Shown: piece by piece, positions 1 through 8,845 of the stretch
Layout of the letters: every line of letters starts with the position of its first letter
How positions within the stretch are numbered: the stretch's first letter is position 1
NCBI GenBank assembly: GCA_964587725.1
Contig: CAZPLO010000007.1
Coordinates: forward strand, 35,184 to 66,358
Source: an uncultured archaeon
GTDB taxonomy: Archaea; Altiarchaeota; Altiarchaeia; IMC4; SCGC-AAA252-I15
DNA length: 31,175 nucleotides
Direction: 5' to 3'
Notes under the pieces: model-generated
The model's database searches: none
Told to the model about the DNA's origin: nothing
Seen by the model: only the letters and a program-made list of their open reading frames with translations
Program-made: the position numbers and the translations under genes

Positions 1-180
1 ACGACAACCACAATGCCTGCGGAACCCACCACCACGCTGCCGCCCGTGCACTGCTATGACGTGGTGAACCCCAGCCCCAGCAGATGTGCCGCCGCATACT
101 GTGATTCAGGCAGAGAATGCGCCTACAGGCCCGCGGGCGGCGGATGCTGCGGTATGCCGCCGACGTGCTACTGCAACTGA
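1..180 (+). CDS. 3' end of a Thr/Pro-linker, Cys-rich (probably secreted) protein; partial, not in ORF track
   Basis: Frame 1 is open from base 1 to TGA at 178-180 and reads TTTTMPAEPTTTLPPVHCYDVVNPSPSRCAAAYCDSGRECAYRPAGGGCCGMPPTCYCN*. It has 8 Cys after a Thr-rich linker and overlaps the convergent ORF by 13 nt. Confidence 0.75.
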   Translation, partial: TTTTMPAEPTTTLPPVHCYDVVNPSPSRCAAAYCDSGRECAYRPAGGGCCGMPPTCYCN

Positions 181-896
181 CCTAGTTCACGCCACACGTC
201 TATTGGTTTCCTGCCCCCCGACGCCTTAAGAGCCTTCACGAACCGTTCGCGTTCCGGCGTGTCTTCAGCAGGTATCTGGGGGTTTTGACTGCGGCCTGTC
301 TCGCGGGAGCGGATGTCGGCTATGACCTCCGCCAGTTTCATGGCATCGGGTATGCGTTCCGGCCTCAGGTCGGACATCAGGCACAGGTCCTGGGCGTCGT
401 CCTCCAAATCAGGGTTGCCGGGGTTGCTTTTCCCCCTCTCCGATTCCCTCCGCTCCTGCAGGCGCCTGTTGAACAGTTCGTCCGCAGGCGACTTCACCTC
501 CGGCAGACTCTCGCCGAACATGCGTTCGCGTAGGAAGTTCACGGTCCTGTTGTCGGCCGCGAAACGTTCAGGGTTCTGCCCTGTAGACTCGGCGTAGGAT
601 ATCATGGATTCCGTGAAATGGCGTGGCACCCGGTGTGCTATGACGAACTCCTCCAGCACCTGACGGTTCACTTTGCCGGGCGTGCCGGTGGCGTGCTTTA
701 CTATGGCCCCAACATCCTGCAACAATTGTTTGTCCGAAGGACTTCCCTCGGACAGTCGTTTAAGCGCCTTCCATATGATGTCTGCTTTCTCCTCCACCAG
801 ACTGCCGTCTATGGGCTTCAGCTGCGAATCCAGGTCATTGCTATCCTGACCATATCCTTTGCGCGGTCCGTTCGGCCTCTGAGACTGGGGGGACAT
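168..896 (-). CDS. Hypothetical protein (242 aa, charged, no recognised motif)
   Basis: Longest ORF in the interval, ATG start, AT-rich spacer upstream (897-934). Confidence 0.7.
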   Translation of the reverse strand: MSPQSQRPNGPRKGYGQDSNDLDSQLKPIDGSLVEEKADIIWKALKRLSEGSPSDKQLLQDVGAIVKHATGTPGKVNRQVLEEFVIAHRVPRHFTESMISYAESTGQNPERFAADNRTVNFLRERMFGESLPEVKSPADELFNRRLQERRESERGKSNPGNPDLEDDAQDLCLMSDLRPERIPDAMKLAEVIADIRSRETGRSQNPQIPAEDTPERERFVKALKASGGRKPIDVWRELGQLQ

Positions 897-934
897 TGTT
901 TATTATTGGGGTGGACTTCAATAAAAAATAGAAA

Positions 935-1435
935 CTAATTCAAAACCACGACCTTGTGGACTCCATCCACCCTCAATAGTTTGTCTATGAGGTTGCGTGG
1001 TATCGGCTTCTCCGTTATCACCGTCAATTCGGGGTTGTCGAACATGGGGTCGTCAGCGATGACCTGGCGTATGCCGACGCCGGCGTTGCTGATGGTGTTG
1101 GTGACGCCGGAGACTATGCCCTTGCCGGCGGCGTCGGTGGGTATGATTTCTATGGCCCCGTATCCTAGAACCGGCGCGAGCTCACGCAGCGACGGGGTGA
1201 CGGACAGGTTCCTGAAGATGCGTTTCATCCTGTCGTCTTCGTTGATGGAGTCGACGGTGGCTTTGACCACGCGGCGGTCGACGTCCAGCACCCGCGAGAC
1301 GCTGATGTGCGTCACCTCGAGTTCGCCTGCCATCAGCTCCCCCCTCTCGGTCACGCGCACGCCGTGTTTCAGCAGGTACTCCGCCACACGCCTCTGTCCG
1401 CCTTTCCCTGCGAACGCCTTATCCAGGTCAAGCAT
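935..1435 (-). CDS. Archaeal ACT-domain protein, predicted regulator of amino acid metabolism (COG2150-like)
   Basis: VAEYLLKHGVRV...VDRRVVKATV N-terminal domain; GIVSGVTNTISNAGVGIRQVIADDP...LTVITEKPIP ACT-like C-terminus. Confidence 0.85.
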   Translation of the reverse strand: MLDLDKAFAGKGGQRRVAEYLLKHGVRVTERGELMAGELEVTHISVSRVLDVDRRVVKATVDSINEDDRMKRIFRNLSVTPSLRELAPVLGYGAIEIIPTDAAGKGIVSGVTNTISNAGVGIRQVIADDPMFDNPELTVITEKPIPRNLIDKLLRVDGVHKVVVLN

Positions 1436-1468
1436 TGTATATACTTAACTGGGAATATAAATTACTGC
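1436..1468. promoter_or_regulatory. 33-bp AT-rich divergent promoter region (ACT protein / hisC)
   Basis: TGTATATACTTAACTGGGAATATAAATTACTGC lies between two divergent ATGs, with TATA-like stretches on both strands. Confidence 0.55.
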
Positions 1469-2503
1469 ATGTCCGCAGACAACGTGAAGCCGTGGATTAC
1501 TGGTTTGAAGCCTTACAGTCCCGGAAAGACCGTAAAAGACACGGTGAAGCTGGCGAGCAACGAGAACAGCTACGGCCCCAGCCCCACGGTGGTGGAGGGG
1601 CTGCGGGATAAGGCTGGGACGGTGTACCGTTACCCTTACAGGGACGCTGACGTGAAAAATGCCGTGTCAGGATACTGCGGCGTGAAACCGGAGAATATTG
1701 TGTTGGGTAACGGCAGCGACGAACTCATCGACCTGTGCGTGAAGACATTCAAGGGGCCGGCGGCCAGCCACTACCCCACCTTCGTACAGTATCCGGCGTA
1801 CGCGAAGGCGTTGGGTGAAGAGTACGTGAGCGTGCCGTTGGATGAGGACTTCGGTTTCGACGGCCGCAGGTTCCTGAAGGAGGCGGGGGAGGCAAACCTG
1901 GTGTTCCTGTGCACCCCCAACAACCCCACCGGAACCACAATCCCTCTGGACGACGTGAAGGCGGTCGCGGAGTCGGGGAAAGTCACTGTTGTGGACGAAG
2001 CGTACTTTGAGTTCCACGGTGAAACCGCCGTAGACCTGATAGGGGAGTATGATAACGTGGTTGTGCTGCGGACGCTGGCGAAGGCGTTCGGGTTGGCGGG
2101 ACTCCGGTTCGGTTACGGGATAGGCTCGCCGGAGGCGATAAACGCCCTCCACAGGGTGAAGCCGCCGTTCAACGTCAACGTTCTCGCGCACGAGGCGGCG
2201 CTGCTCGCCCTAGACGACATACAATACATGCGGGAGACGGTGGAGAAGATAAAGGCTGACAGGGAGCGGGTTGCGGAACGGCTTGCTGGTAAATACCGTG
2301 TCACACCGTCGGCCACAAACTTCCTGCTCGTGGACGTGTCTCCGCATTCCACGGACGAATTCTTCAATAAAATGCTGGAGCAGCGTATTGTGGTGCGGCA
2401 GATTCCGCCGCTCAACGGGTTCCCAGGCAACTGGGTGAGGATAACAATCGGGACATCTGAGGAATGCGGCCTGCTGCTGGATGCCGTCGACAGCCTACAG
2501 TAA
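1469..2503 (+). CDS. hisC: Histidinol-phosphate aminotransferase
   Basis: Motifs KLASNEN, GNGSDELI, PNNPTG, VDEAY, RTLAKAFGLAGLRFGY (PLP Lys) and RITIG. Start moved to ATG 1469 because the longer ORF overlaps the divergent gene. Confidence 0.9.
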   Translation: MSADNVKPWITGLKPYSPGKTVKDTVKLASNENSYGPSPTVVEGLRDKAGTVYRYPYRDADVKNAVSGYCGVKPENIVLGNGSDELIDLCVKTFKGPAASHYPTFVQYPAYAKALGEEYVSVPLDEDFGFDGRRFLKEAGEANLVFLCTPNNPTGTTIPLDDVKAVAESGKVTVVDEAYFEFHGETAVDLIGEYDNVVVLRTLAKAFGLAGLRFGYGIGSPEAINALHRVKPPFNVNVLAHEAALLALDDIQYMRETVEKIKADRERVAERLAGKYRVTPSATNFLLVDVSPHSTDEFFNKMLEQRIVVRQIPPLNGFPGNWVRITIGTSEECGLLLDAVDSLQ

Positions 2504-4189
2504 AACAGCCCTCATCGTAACCCCCACCGCCACCGTTATAACAAGCATCAGCGCCATAGACTTCAGCAGCCCCTTCAACCCCAGTTCGCGGTAGAGTACC
2601 GTGAACGTCGCTATGCAGGGGAAGTATATGGCCAGCAGCGTCGACGCCACAGTAAGCTGCATGGCCGTCATCCCCAGCGGCGCGAGCATCCCCACCGCCA
2701 CGTCCTTGCGGAGGAACCCGACTATCAACGCTATAATCGCCTCCTCCGGAAGCCCGAACAATGTGGACATGAGCGGTCCGACGGTGGATGCGATGAAGTC
2801 GACCAACCCCGCCACGTACGCGAGATTAACAGCCAATACGCCGAACAACACGTACGGGACGGCTTCGGTGAGGAAGTACCTGACACGCACCCACGTCTTC
2901 TTCAGCAGCGCGCCGGCGTCCGGCATACGGTACGGCGGTATCTCCAACAGTATTTCGGGGCTCTCGCCCTTCATGAGCTTGTTCAACGCCAGCCCGACGA
3001 GCACGTACAGTATGAACAGCGTCGCATACACTATCGCGATGTACTGTATCCCGTAGCGTGACAGCAGACCGATGATGACTGCGTTCTGGGCGAGGCACGG
3101 TATGCATATCGCCATCAGCGTCGCCGAAATGAACCGTTGCTTCTCAGTCTCCAGTATCCTGGTGGCGAGGACGCCGGGGACGTTGCACCCCAGGCCCAGT
3201 ATGCTGGGTACGATTGCTGACCCGTGCAAGCCTATCCGGTGCATGAGGTTGTCCATCAACGTGGCGAGACGCGGCAGATAACCTATGTCCTCCAATAGGC
3301 TGAGCATGAAGTAGAAGAGTATGACGAACGGCAGCACCATGTCCAGCGGCACGTACACTCCGGTGGTGAGCAGGCCGAGGCTCTCTATGAAATCCTCTCC
3401 CGTCCCCAGCAGTATGTCGTGCACCATCCCCGACGGAAATATTTGCTCCACGGCCGTTCGCACGATTGGACCGTATATGTTGTAGAAGAACGGGTCCAGG
3501 ATGTTTTCTATCACCCAGTTGCCTGTGGTGATGATGACCGCGAACATCAGGTACAATACCAGCAGGGCTATGGGTATTCCGGTCAGCGGCTGTATGGTGG
3601 CGTCCTCCAGCCGCTCCAACAGGGTGTGTTCGCGGGCGTGTAGGGTCTGCACGCCGCCGACTATGTGTCCCGCCTCACGCCAACGTTCGTCGTCCGTCCG
3701 TGACGCCGGCGACGCCTTCGCCTCAGGCAGCCGGTCGACCAGTTCCCTGACGCCTTCGCCGGTGACCGCCACCGTCTCCACCACCGGCACGCCGAGCATC
3801 CGCTCCAAACCTTCGACGTCTATTTCGACGCCGAGGTGGCGGGCGTCGTCGCTCATGTTCAACGCCACCATGGTTGGTTTACCGTGTTCGAGTATCTGGA
3901 GTGTGAGGTACAGGTTTCTCTCAAGGTTTGTGGCGTCGACGACGTTCACGATGACGTCTCCAGACTCCAGCATCTCGGTCGCAACCTTTTCCGCAGGGCT
4001 CTCCGGCGTCAGCGAGTAGGTGCCTGGAACGTCTATGAGTTCCGCCTTTTCGCCGGCGTACGGCATGGTGCCCCCGCAGTAGCTTATGGTGGTGCCGGGG
4101 TAGTTGCTGCAGACGACGTCGACGCCGGTGAGCCTTGAAAACAACGCGCTCTTCCCGACGTTGGGGTTGCCCATCAGCAGTATCCTCAT
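2495..4189 (-). CDS. feoB: Ferrous iron transporter FeoB
   Basis: G1 GNPNVGKS, NYPGTT, DVPG, NMSD; membrane domain with LEDIGYLPRLA, GLGCNVP, IPC and YFPCIAT. Confidence 0.95.
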   Translation of the reverse strand: MRILLMGNPNVGKSALFSRLTGVDVVCSNYPGTTISYCGGTMPYAGEKAELIDVPGTYSLTPESPAEKVATEMLESGDVIVNVVDATNLERNLYLTLQILEHGKPTMVALNMSDDARHLGVEIDVEGLERMLGVPVVETVAVTGEGVRELVDRLPEAKASPASRTDDERWREAGHIVGGVQTLHAREHTLLERLEDATIQPLTGIPIALLVLYLMFAVIITTGNWVIENILDPFFYNIYGPIVRTAVEQIFPSGMVHDILLGTGEDFIESLGLLTTGVYVPLDMVLPFVILFYFMLSLLEDIGYLPRLATLMDNLMHRIGLHGSAIVPSILGLGCNVPGVLATRILETEKQRFISATLMAICIPCLAQNAVIIGLLSRYGIQYIAIVYATLFILYVLVGLALNKLMKGESPEILLEIPPYRMPDAGALLKKTWVRVRYFLTEAVPYVLFGVLAVNLAYVAGLVDFIASTVGPLMSTLFGLPEEAIIALIVGFLRKDVAVGMLAPLGMTAMQLTVASTLLAIYFPCIATFTVLYRELGLKGLLKSMALMLVITVAVGVTMRAVLL

Positions 4190-4827
4190 TTACTCACCTT
4201 CACCTTAGACGCCATACCCCTGCCTATGGTGAGGCGGGTGTTCCCCACCTTCACCACCACCGGGCCGCCGAGGGGCTCCCTGGCAACCATCCTTATCTTC
4301 TTGCCTTCGGTGACGCCCATTGACTTCATCCTGGAGCGGAAGCGGCTGCCGCCCGCCAGCTCCTTCACCGTCGCATGGTCGCCGACGGCCAGGTGCATGA
4401 GGGTGTCCGGCGGCGTAATGTCCCCTGCCTTAGGTATGGGTTTGCCGTCGTCGGGGCAGGTTTCCGGGTGGTCCATGAGCTTGTCGAGGGCGTCGGCTGC
4501 CTCGTCGCTGAGGCCGTGTTCCATCATGGACGCCTGCTCGTGGACGCGGTCTTTACGAAGCTTCAGAACGTCGTACAGGAACCGCTCCAGGAGGCGGTGC
4601 TTCCTCTTTACCCTGCTCGCCACCTTAAGGCCTTTTTTGGTGAGCTCGACGCCGCGGTAGGGCTTGTGTCTGATGTATTCTTCGCTGTCCAGCTTCTTCA
4701 GCATCTCCGTGACGGAGCTGTCCCTGACCCCCATTTCCCTGGCTATCTCCCCCGTCTTCGGGGCCTTCCCGTCCTCCATCAGACCGTAGATGGCCTCCAA
4801 GTACTCTTCCTTGCTCTTCCCGGGCAT
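4186..4827 (-). CDS. DtxR/MntR-family metal-dependent repressor with C-terminal FeoA (SH3-like) domain
   Basis: EEYLEAIY, SVTEMLKKL, RKHRLLERFL, MEHGLS, HPETCP, FeoA-like tail MGVTEG...PLGGPVVVKVGNTRLTIGRGMASKV. 4-nt overlap with feoB. ATG 4827 fits the TATA spacing; ATG 4845 is an alternative. Confidence 0.92.
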   Translation of the reverse strand: MPGKSKEEYLEAIYGLMEDGKAPKTGEIAREMGVRDSSVTEMLKKLDSEEYIRHKPYRGVELTKKGLKVASRVKRKHRLLERFLYDVLKLRKDRVHEQASMMEHGLSDEAADALDKLMDHPETCPDDGKPIPKAGDITPPDTLMHLAVGDHATVKELAGGSRFRSRMKSMGVTEGKKIRMVAREPLGGPVVVKVGNTRLTIGRGMASKVKVSK

Positions 4828-4859
4828 AAGAGATGTATTGGACATCCAAGAATAAATAC

Positions 4860-4875
4860 TTTAGGCCAGCCTAAA
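4860..4875. promoter_or_regulatory. DtxR/SirR/MntR-type operator palindrome TTTAGGC-CA-GCCTAAA
   Basis: Perfect 7-bp inverted repeat in the TTAGG-N4-CCTAA format, abutting the minus-strand TATA-like TATTTATT (4851-4858) upstream of the regulator-feoB unit. Confidence 0.75.
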
Positions 4876-4893
4876 AGTCGGGTGGCCGGCGTA

Positions 4894-5694
4894 TTATGGG
4901 GCGTACCACACGTTCATATCCTCGATGGATCCCATAATGTTCGTGTTCTGGGGGATGGTTCCCGCGTAGACGTAGTTGTTCTTCTTGAACACCATGTTGA
5001 TTCCGACAGAGGAGCCCCGACATATTGTATAGAGGGTTTTTGCCGTGCGCCTCAGGCACCCCCCCATTTCTTTCACCAACAAGCTTCCCAGCCCCCGCCC
5101 CCTGTATTCCGGATGAACTGCTATGTCCGTGATTTCAGCGGATCCACCCCCTGGATGAAACTCCGCCCCGCCGGCGCAAACGAGCGCTCCGCCGTCGAAG
5201 AAGCCGTAGTATCCGGTCTTCCCAGCCATGGACTCCCTCAAGTATCCGGGATTCTGAACAGGGAACGGGTAGGTTTCAAACACGGTCTTGAACAGCCGCG
5301 CGAGATGAACGGCGTCGGCTGCCGTCAGATGCCGGAAGACCAGGTTCTTCGGCGGCTGACGCATGCCGTTCCCCCCGGCGGAAGTAACGGCTTCGACCAC
5401 TTCACGCGTCTTATCCCGCACCAGCATCCTCGACCTGTTAAGGTACTTGCTGGCGAACAATATGCCGCCGGGTATCCTTGACTCCACGGAGTAGCCGTCG
5501 GCCGTGAACCCGTCCTCCGCGGCAGAGGTTATCTTGGCGAATATTTTCCCGTAGCCGTTTTCCCGAGCCAGCGAATCCAGTTCGTCGATTATCCACGGGA
5601 GGTCGGCTTCATCCAAGCTCATCAGGTACACTCGGTCGTTGTATGGGCCGTGCTGTATCCTGGAGCCGCCGAGGGTTTCCTCCACGTCCGTCAC
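4894..5694 (-). CDS. ablB: Putative beta-lysine N-acetyltransferase (GNAT)
   Basis: [69 protein letters not shown]. The GTG start at 5694 overlaps the ablA stop (GTGA). Confidence 0.88.
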   Translation of the reverse strand: MTDVEETLGGSRIQHGPYNDRVYLMSLDEADLPWIIDELDSLARENGYGKIFAKITSAAEDGFTADGYSVESRIPGGILFASKYLNRSRMLVRDKTREVVEAVTSAGGNGMRQPPKNLVFRHLTAADAVHLARLFKTVFETYPFPVQNPGYLRESMAGKTGYYGFFDGGALVCAGGAEFHPGGGSAEITDIAVHPEYRGRGLGSLLVKEMGGCLRRTAKTLYTICRGSSVGINMVFKKNNYVYAGTIPQNTNIMGSIEDMNVWYAP

Positions 5695-6992
5695 GCACTC
5701 CGCCTCCTGATTCTCTCGTTTCCTTCGGGCGTCAAACTGATTCGTTTGTCGTGGTCGTCCAGCAGCCTCGCTATCCCCGTGGACTTGGACTCGTCCGCAT
5801 CGTCCAATCGGAGGTTTCTGCCGCATTCCCCGCAGTTGCGGTCGCAGAAGTCCGCCTTATACTCCTCCGGCTCGTGGTAGGTTGTGATGACGCCTTCGCT
5901 GTTCCTCAACACAACCTTGTTTGTCCCGCGGGTTATCACGTAGTTTGGCATCACCGGGATTTTTCCGCCGCCTCCCGGGGCGTCCACAACGTAACGTGGA
6001 ACCGCGAACCCGGTGGTGTGGCCTATGAGGTTCTCTATTATCTCTATGCCCTTGCTTATGGGGGTCCGGAAGTGGTTGAGCCCCCGGCTCATGTCGCACT
6101 GGAACAGGTAATACGGTCTTACGCGGTTTTCCACCAGCTTATGGTTCAACGCCTTTATTATCCTGGGACAGTCGTTGACGCCCCTCAACAGGACGCTCTG
6201 GTTCCCCAGGGGTATTCCGCCGTCGGACAGCCGGGCTAACGCCTTGCGCGCCGCCCGCGTGACCTCGCGGGGGTGGTTGAATTGGGTGTTCAACCACACA
6301 GGCTTATGGCGCCCTATCATGTCAACCAGCTCCGGCGTTATCCTGTAGGGGAGCACGACGGGCATCCTGGAGCCTATGCGCAGTATCTCCACGTGTTCGA
6401 TGTCGTCCAGCATCCCCATTATCCAGTCCAGACGTTCGTCGGACAGCATGAGTGGGTCGCCGCCTGACAGCAGCACATCGCGTATCTGCGGAGTCTCGCG
6501 TATGTATTCGACGGCGTCCAGTATGTCCTGGTCGCTGAACTGCCTGTCTAGGTCGCCTACCCTGCGTTTTCGGGTGCAGTGGCGGCAGTACATGGAGCAG
6601 GTGTTGGACGTCAGGAACAGAACCCTGTCTGGGTAACGGTGTGTTACGCATTCGGTGGGGCTGTCTTTTTCCTCGTGCAGCGGGTCCTCCATGTCCGCCT
6701 TGATGTGCTCCAGTTCGTCCGGGCAGGGGACGGCCTGCCGGTACACCGGGTCGTTCACATAGTCTGTTACGTCGATTAATGACAGGTAGTAGGGGGTCAC
6801 GGACATGGGAAACACCTGCAGGGTTTCCTCAAGCCTTCCCTTGTATTCGGGGGGATACTCTATGCCGAGGAGCTCCTCCACCATGTCCACGGACTGGATG
6901 CGGTGCTTAAGCTGCCACCTCCAGTCCCTCCAGCCGTCTAAACCGCTTTCACTGCATATTTTCTCCGCCATCAGCGCGCTCGAGTCGTTCAT
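5691..6992 (-). CDS. ablA: Lysine 2,3-aminomutase (radical SAM, PLP)
   Basis: [24 protein letters not shown] (CxxxCxxC), [28 protein letters not shown]-terminal CDRNCGEC. Start is approximate (6992 or 6971). Confidence 0.93.
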   Translation of the reverse strand: MNDSSALMAEKICSESGLDGWRDWRWQLKHRIQSVDMVEELLGIEYPPEYKGRLEETLQVFPMSVTPYYLSLIDVTDYVNDPVYRQAVPCPDELEHIKADMEDPLHEEKDSPTECVTHRYPDRVLFLTSNTCSMYCRHCTRKRRVGDLDRQFSDQDILDAVEYIRETPQIRDVLLSGGDPLMLSDERLDWIMGMLDDIEHVEILRIGSRMPVVLPYRITPELVDMIGRHKPVWLNTQFNHPREVTRAARKALARLSDGGIPLGNQSVLLRGVNDCPRIIKALNHKLVENRVRPYYLFQCDMSRGLNHFRTPISKGIEIIENLIGHTTGFAVPRYVVDAPGGGGKIPVMPNYVITRGTNKVVLRNSEGVITTYHEPEEYKADFCDRNCGECGRNLRLDDADESKSTGIARLLDDHDKRISLTPEGNERIRRRSA

Positions 6993-7182
6993 CGTATCAC
7001 AAAAGATTTGTTCAAAAAACCGCGGGCGCATGCATAAAAGAACACAAAATGCATTCAAATGGTAGGATCAAGCATGCCTGGCGGCTTCCATCATATAAGT
7101 GAACACATGTTAAAAAGTGCCGGCGGACGGTTTCCGGTCGGACACGCCCGTATTTATAATATACTACATATTATGTTCTCTT

Positions 7183-8076
7183 ATGGACGCCGACTACGCC
7201 AAAGGCCTGAAGTACGTGCTCGCCACCGCGTTGGTGAGCGGTTTCGCAATATTCGTGAACAAGTTTTTTGTAGCTTACAGTGACCCCTACGTGTTCACGG
7301 CCGTTAAGAACGTGTTGGTGGCTGCGGTTCTCGTCGCAGCTTATGTATTGTTCAGGGACTTCAACTCGGTGAAGGAGCTCACGAAGACGGAGTGGGTGAA
7401 GCTTGCGGGCATAGGCGTGGTCGGTGGAAGCATACCATTCCTCCTGTTCTTCAAGGGACTGTCGATGACGTCCGCCGCGAACGGCGCGTTCATACACAAG
7501 ACCATGTTCCTTATAGTAGCGGCCTTGGCTGCCGTCTTCCTCCGGGAGAGACTGAATTTCAAACACCTTGCGGCCGCCGCTGCATTGTTGACGGCGAACG
7601 TGGTGTTGATAGGATTCAATCTCATGTCCGTCGGCATGGGAGACCTGCTTGTGCTGGCTGCGACAGTGTTCTGGGCTGCTGAAACCATACTGTCGAAGCA
7701 CACGCTGAAGACGGTGAAGCCGGGCATCGTCGCCGCTGCACGGATGGGCTTCGGCTCCATCATACTCTTAGGTTTTCTGGCGGCAACGGGACGCGCCGGC
7801 GCATTGACCGCTTTGTCGGCTGCGCAGGCCACCGCCGGACTGGTGTCCGCCGCAATATTGTTCCTGTACGTGGCCACATGGTATCATGGATTGAAGCACG
7901 TGCAGGCGTCGACCGCCACCGTCGTACTGCTGCTGGGTGCGCCGATTACGGCGCTACTGTCTGCGGCGTTCTTGTCGACGGCCGTGACAGCCGCCCAAGC
8001 CGGCGGTTTCATACTGTTGGCCGCGTGCGTCCTCGCGTATGTGCGCCTGAGGCTGCCGTCGCCGCAGACTGCATGA
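7183..8076 (+). CDS. EamA/DMT-family transporter
   Basis: About 10 hydrophobic segments in two repeats; LLFFKGL, AAVFLRERL, GDLLVLAATVFWA, WYHGLKHVQASTAT. TATA-like TTTATAATA at about 7153. Confidence 0.88.
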   Translation: MDADYAKGLKYVLATALVSGFAIFVNKFFVAYSDPYVFTAVKNVLVAAVLVAAYVLFRDFNSVKELTKTEWVKLAGIGVVGGSIPFLLFFKGLSMTSAANGAFIHKTMFLIVAALAAVFLRERLNFKHLAAAAALLTANVVLIGFNLMSVGMGDLLVLAATVFWAAETILSKHTLKTVKPGIVAAARMGFGSIILLGFLAATGRAGALTALSAAQATAGLVSAAILFLYVATWYHGLKHVQASTATVVLLLGAPITALLSAAFLSTAVTAAQAGGFILLAACVLAYVRLRLPSPQTA

Positions 8077-8801
8077 TGGACGGGCTGAGGCTGGACAGCA
8101 GATACTCGTACATGCCGAACAGCCTTGGATACTGCGGCCCACACGACCCTCAGGGGAAGATACTGGACTGCGCCCTCGGCGGAGAAGGAGACGTCCGCGA
8201 CATACTCGCGGGATTCGAGGCGCTGACTCCGTACCTGAAGCTGATAGCGGACCGCAACGGCATCGACGACATGTTCGACTCCGACGTGGTGGAGGCGTAC
8301 TGGATAGGCAGCGAACTCCTGAAAAACGTGTCCGCAGACGACTTGAAGGCTATGATGGAGTCGGACTTCAGGAAGTACCTGCCCGACAAAATCCTCCGCT
8401 GCCTGGTTGATTCAGTCCCCAAAGGGGTGTCGCCGCACCACAGCTTCCACGTACTCCACATCCAAACAGTCACAGGAGTAATATCGAAGACGGTTGAAAA
8501 CCAGGACCTGTGCAGGGTGTCATGGGGGACGGTAACGTCAAAGGGTGAACGACTGACGGTGGACACGCAGGAGCTGAAGGTGGAGGATGGACGGTACGTG
8601 TTGACGCCCGCGGTGAATGAAATCGACTACAACGCCGGCGGCAGGGTGTTCACCGACGCCCAAGTCGGCGACATCGTGTCCGTCCACTGGAACCTCGCCG
8701 TCGAGGTGCTGGGCAGGGAAAGAGCCGGACGGCTGGAAGAATACACCCGACACAACCTCGAGCTCATAGACCCGCCGGAATACTTGAAATGGGCTTTATA
8801 A
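8073..8801 (+). CDS. Conserved hypothetical protein, DUF6390-like, Cys/His motifs
   Basis: RYSYMPNSLGYCGP, PYLKLIA, VVEAYWIG, PHHSFHV, DLCRVSWG, VGDIVSVHW. ATGA overlap with the EamA gene. Family name recalled from motifs. Confidence 0.7.
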   Translation: MMDGLRLDSRYSYMPNSLGYCGPHDPQGKILDCALGGEGDVRDILAGFEALTPYLKLIADRNGIDDMFDSDVVEAYWIGSELLKNVSADDLKAMMESDFRKYLPDKILRCLVDSVPKGVSPHHSFHVLHIQTVTGVISKTVENQDLCRVSWGTVTSKGERLTVDTQELKVEDGRYVLTPAVNEIDYNAGGRVFTDAQVGDIVSVHWNLAVEVLGRERAGRLEEYTRHNLELIDPPEYLKWAL

Positions 8802-8845
8802 ACCCTTAACTCCAAAATTATAGTCCTGAGTTTGGAGTCTTTAAG

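Noticed and set aside
4375-5481. 368-aa plus-strand ORF and many other long antisense ORFs (e.g. 15480-16508, 15670-16701, 22297-23151)
   Set aside because: Shadow frames opposite well-supported genes, expected in GC-rich DNA with strong third-position bias; no motifs.
5691-6992. EF-P modification enzyme EpmB or lysine fermentation KamA
   Set aside because: It is coupled to an AblB-type acetyltransferase; no epmA/efp or kamDE genes in the window.
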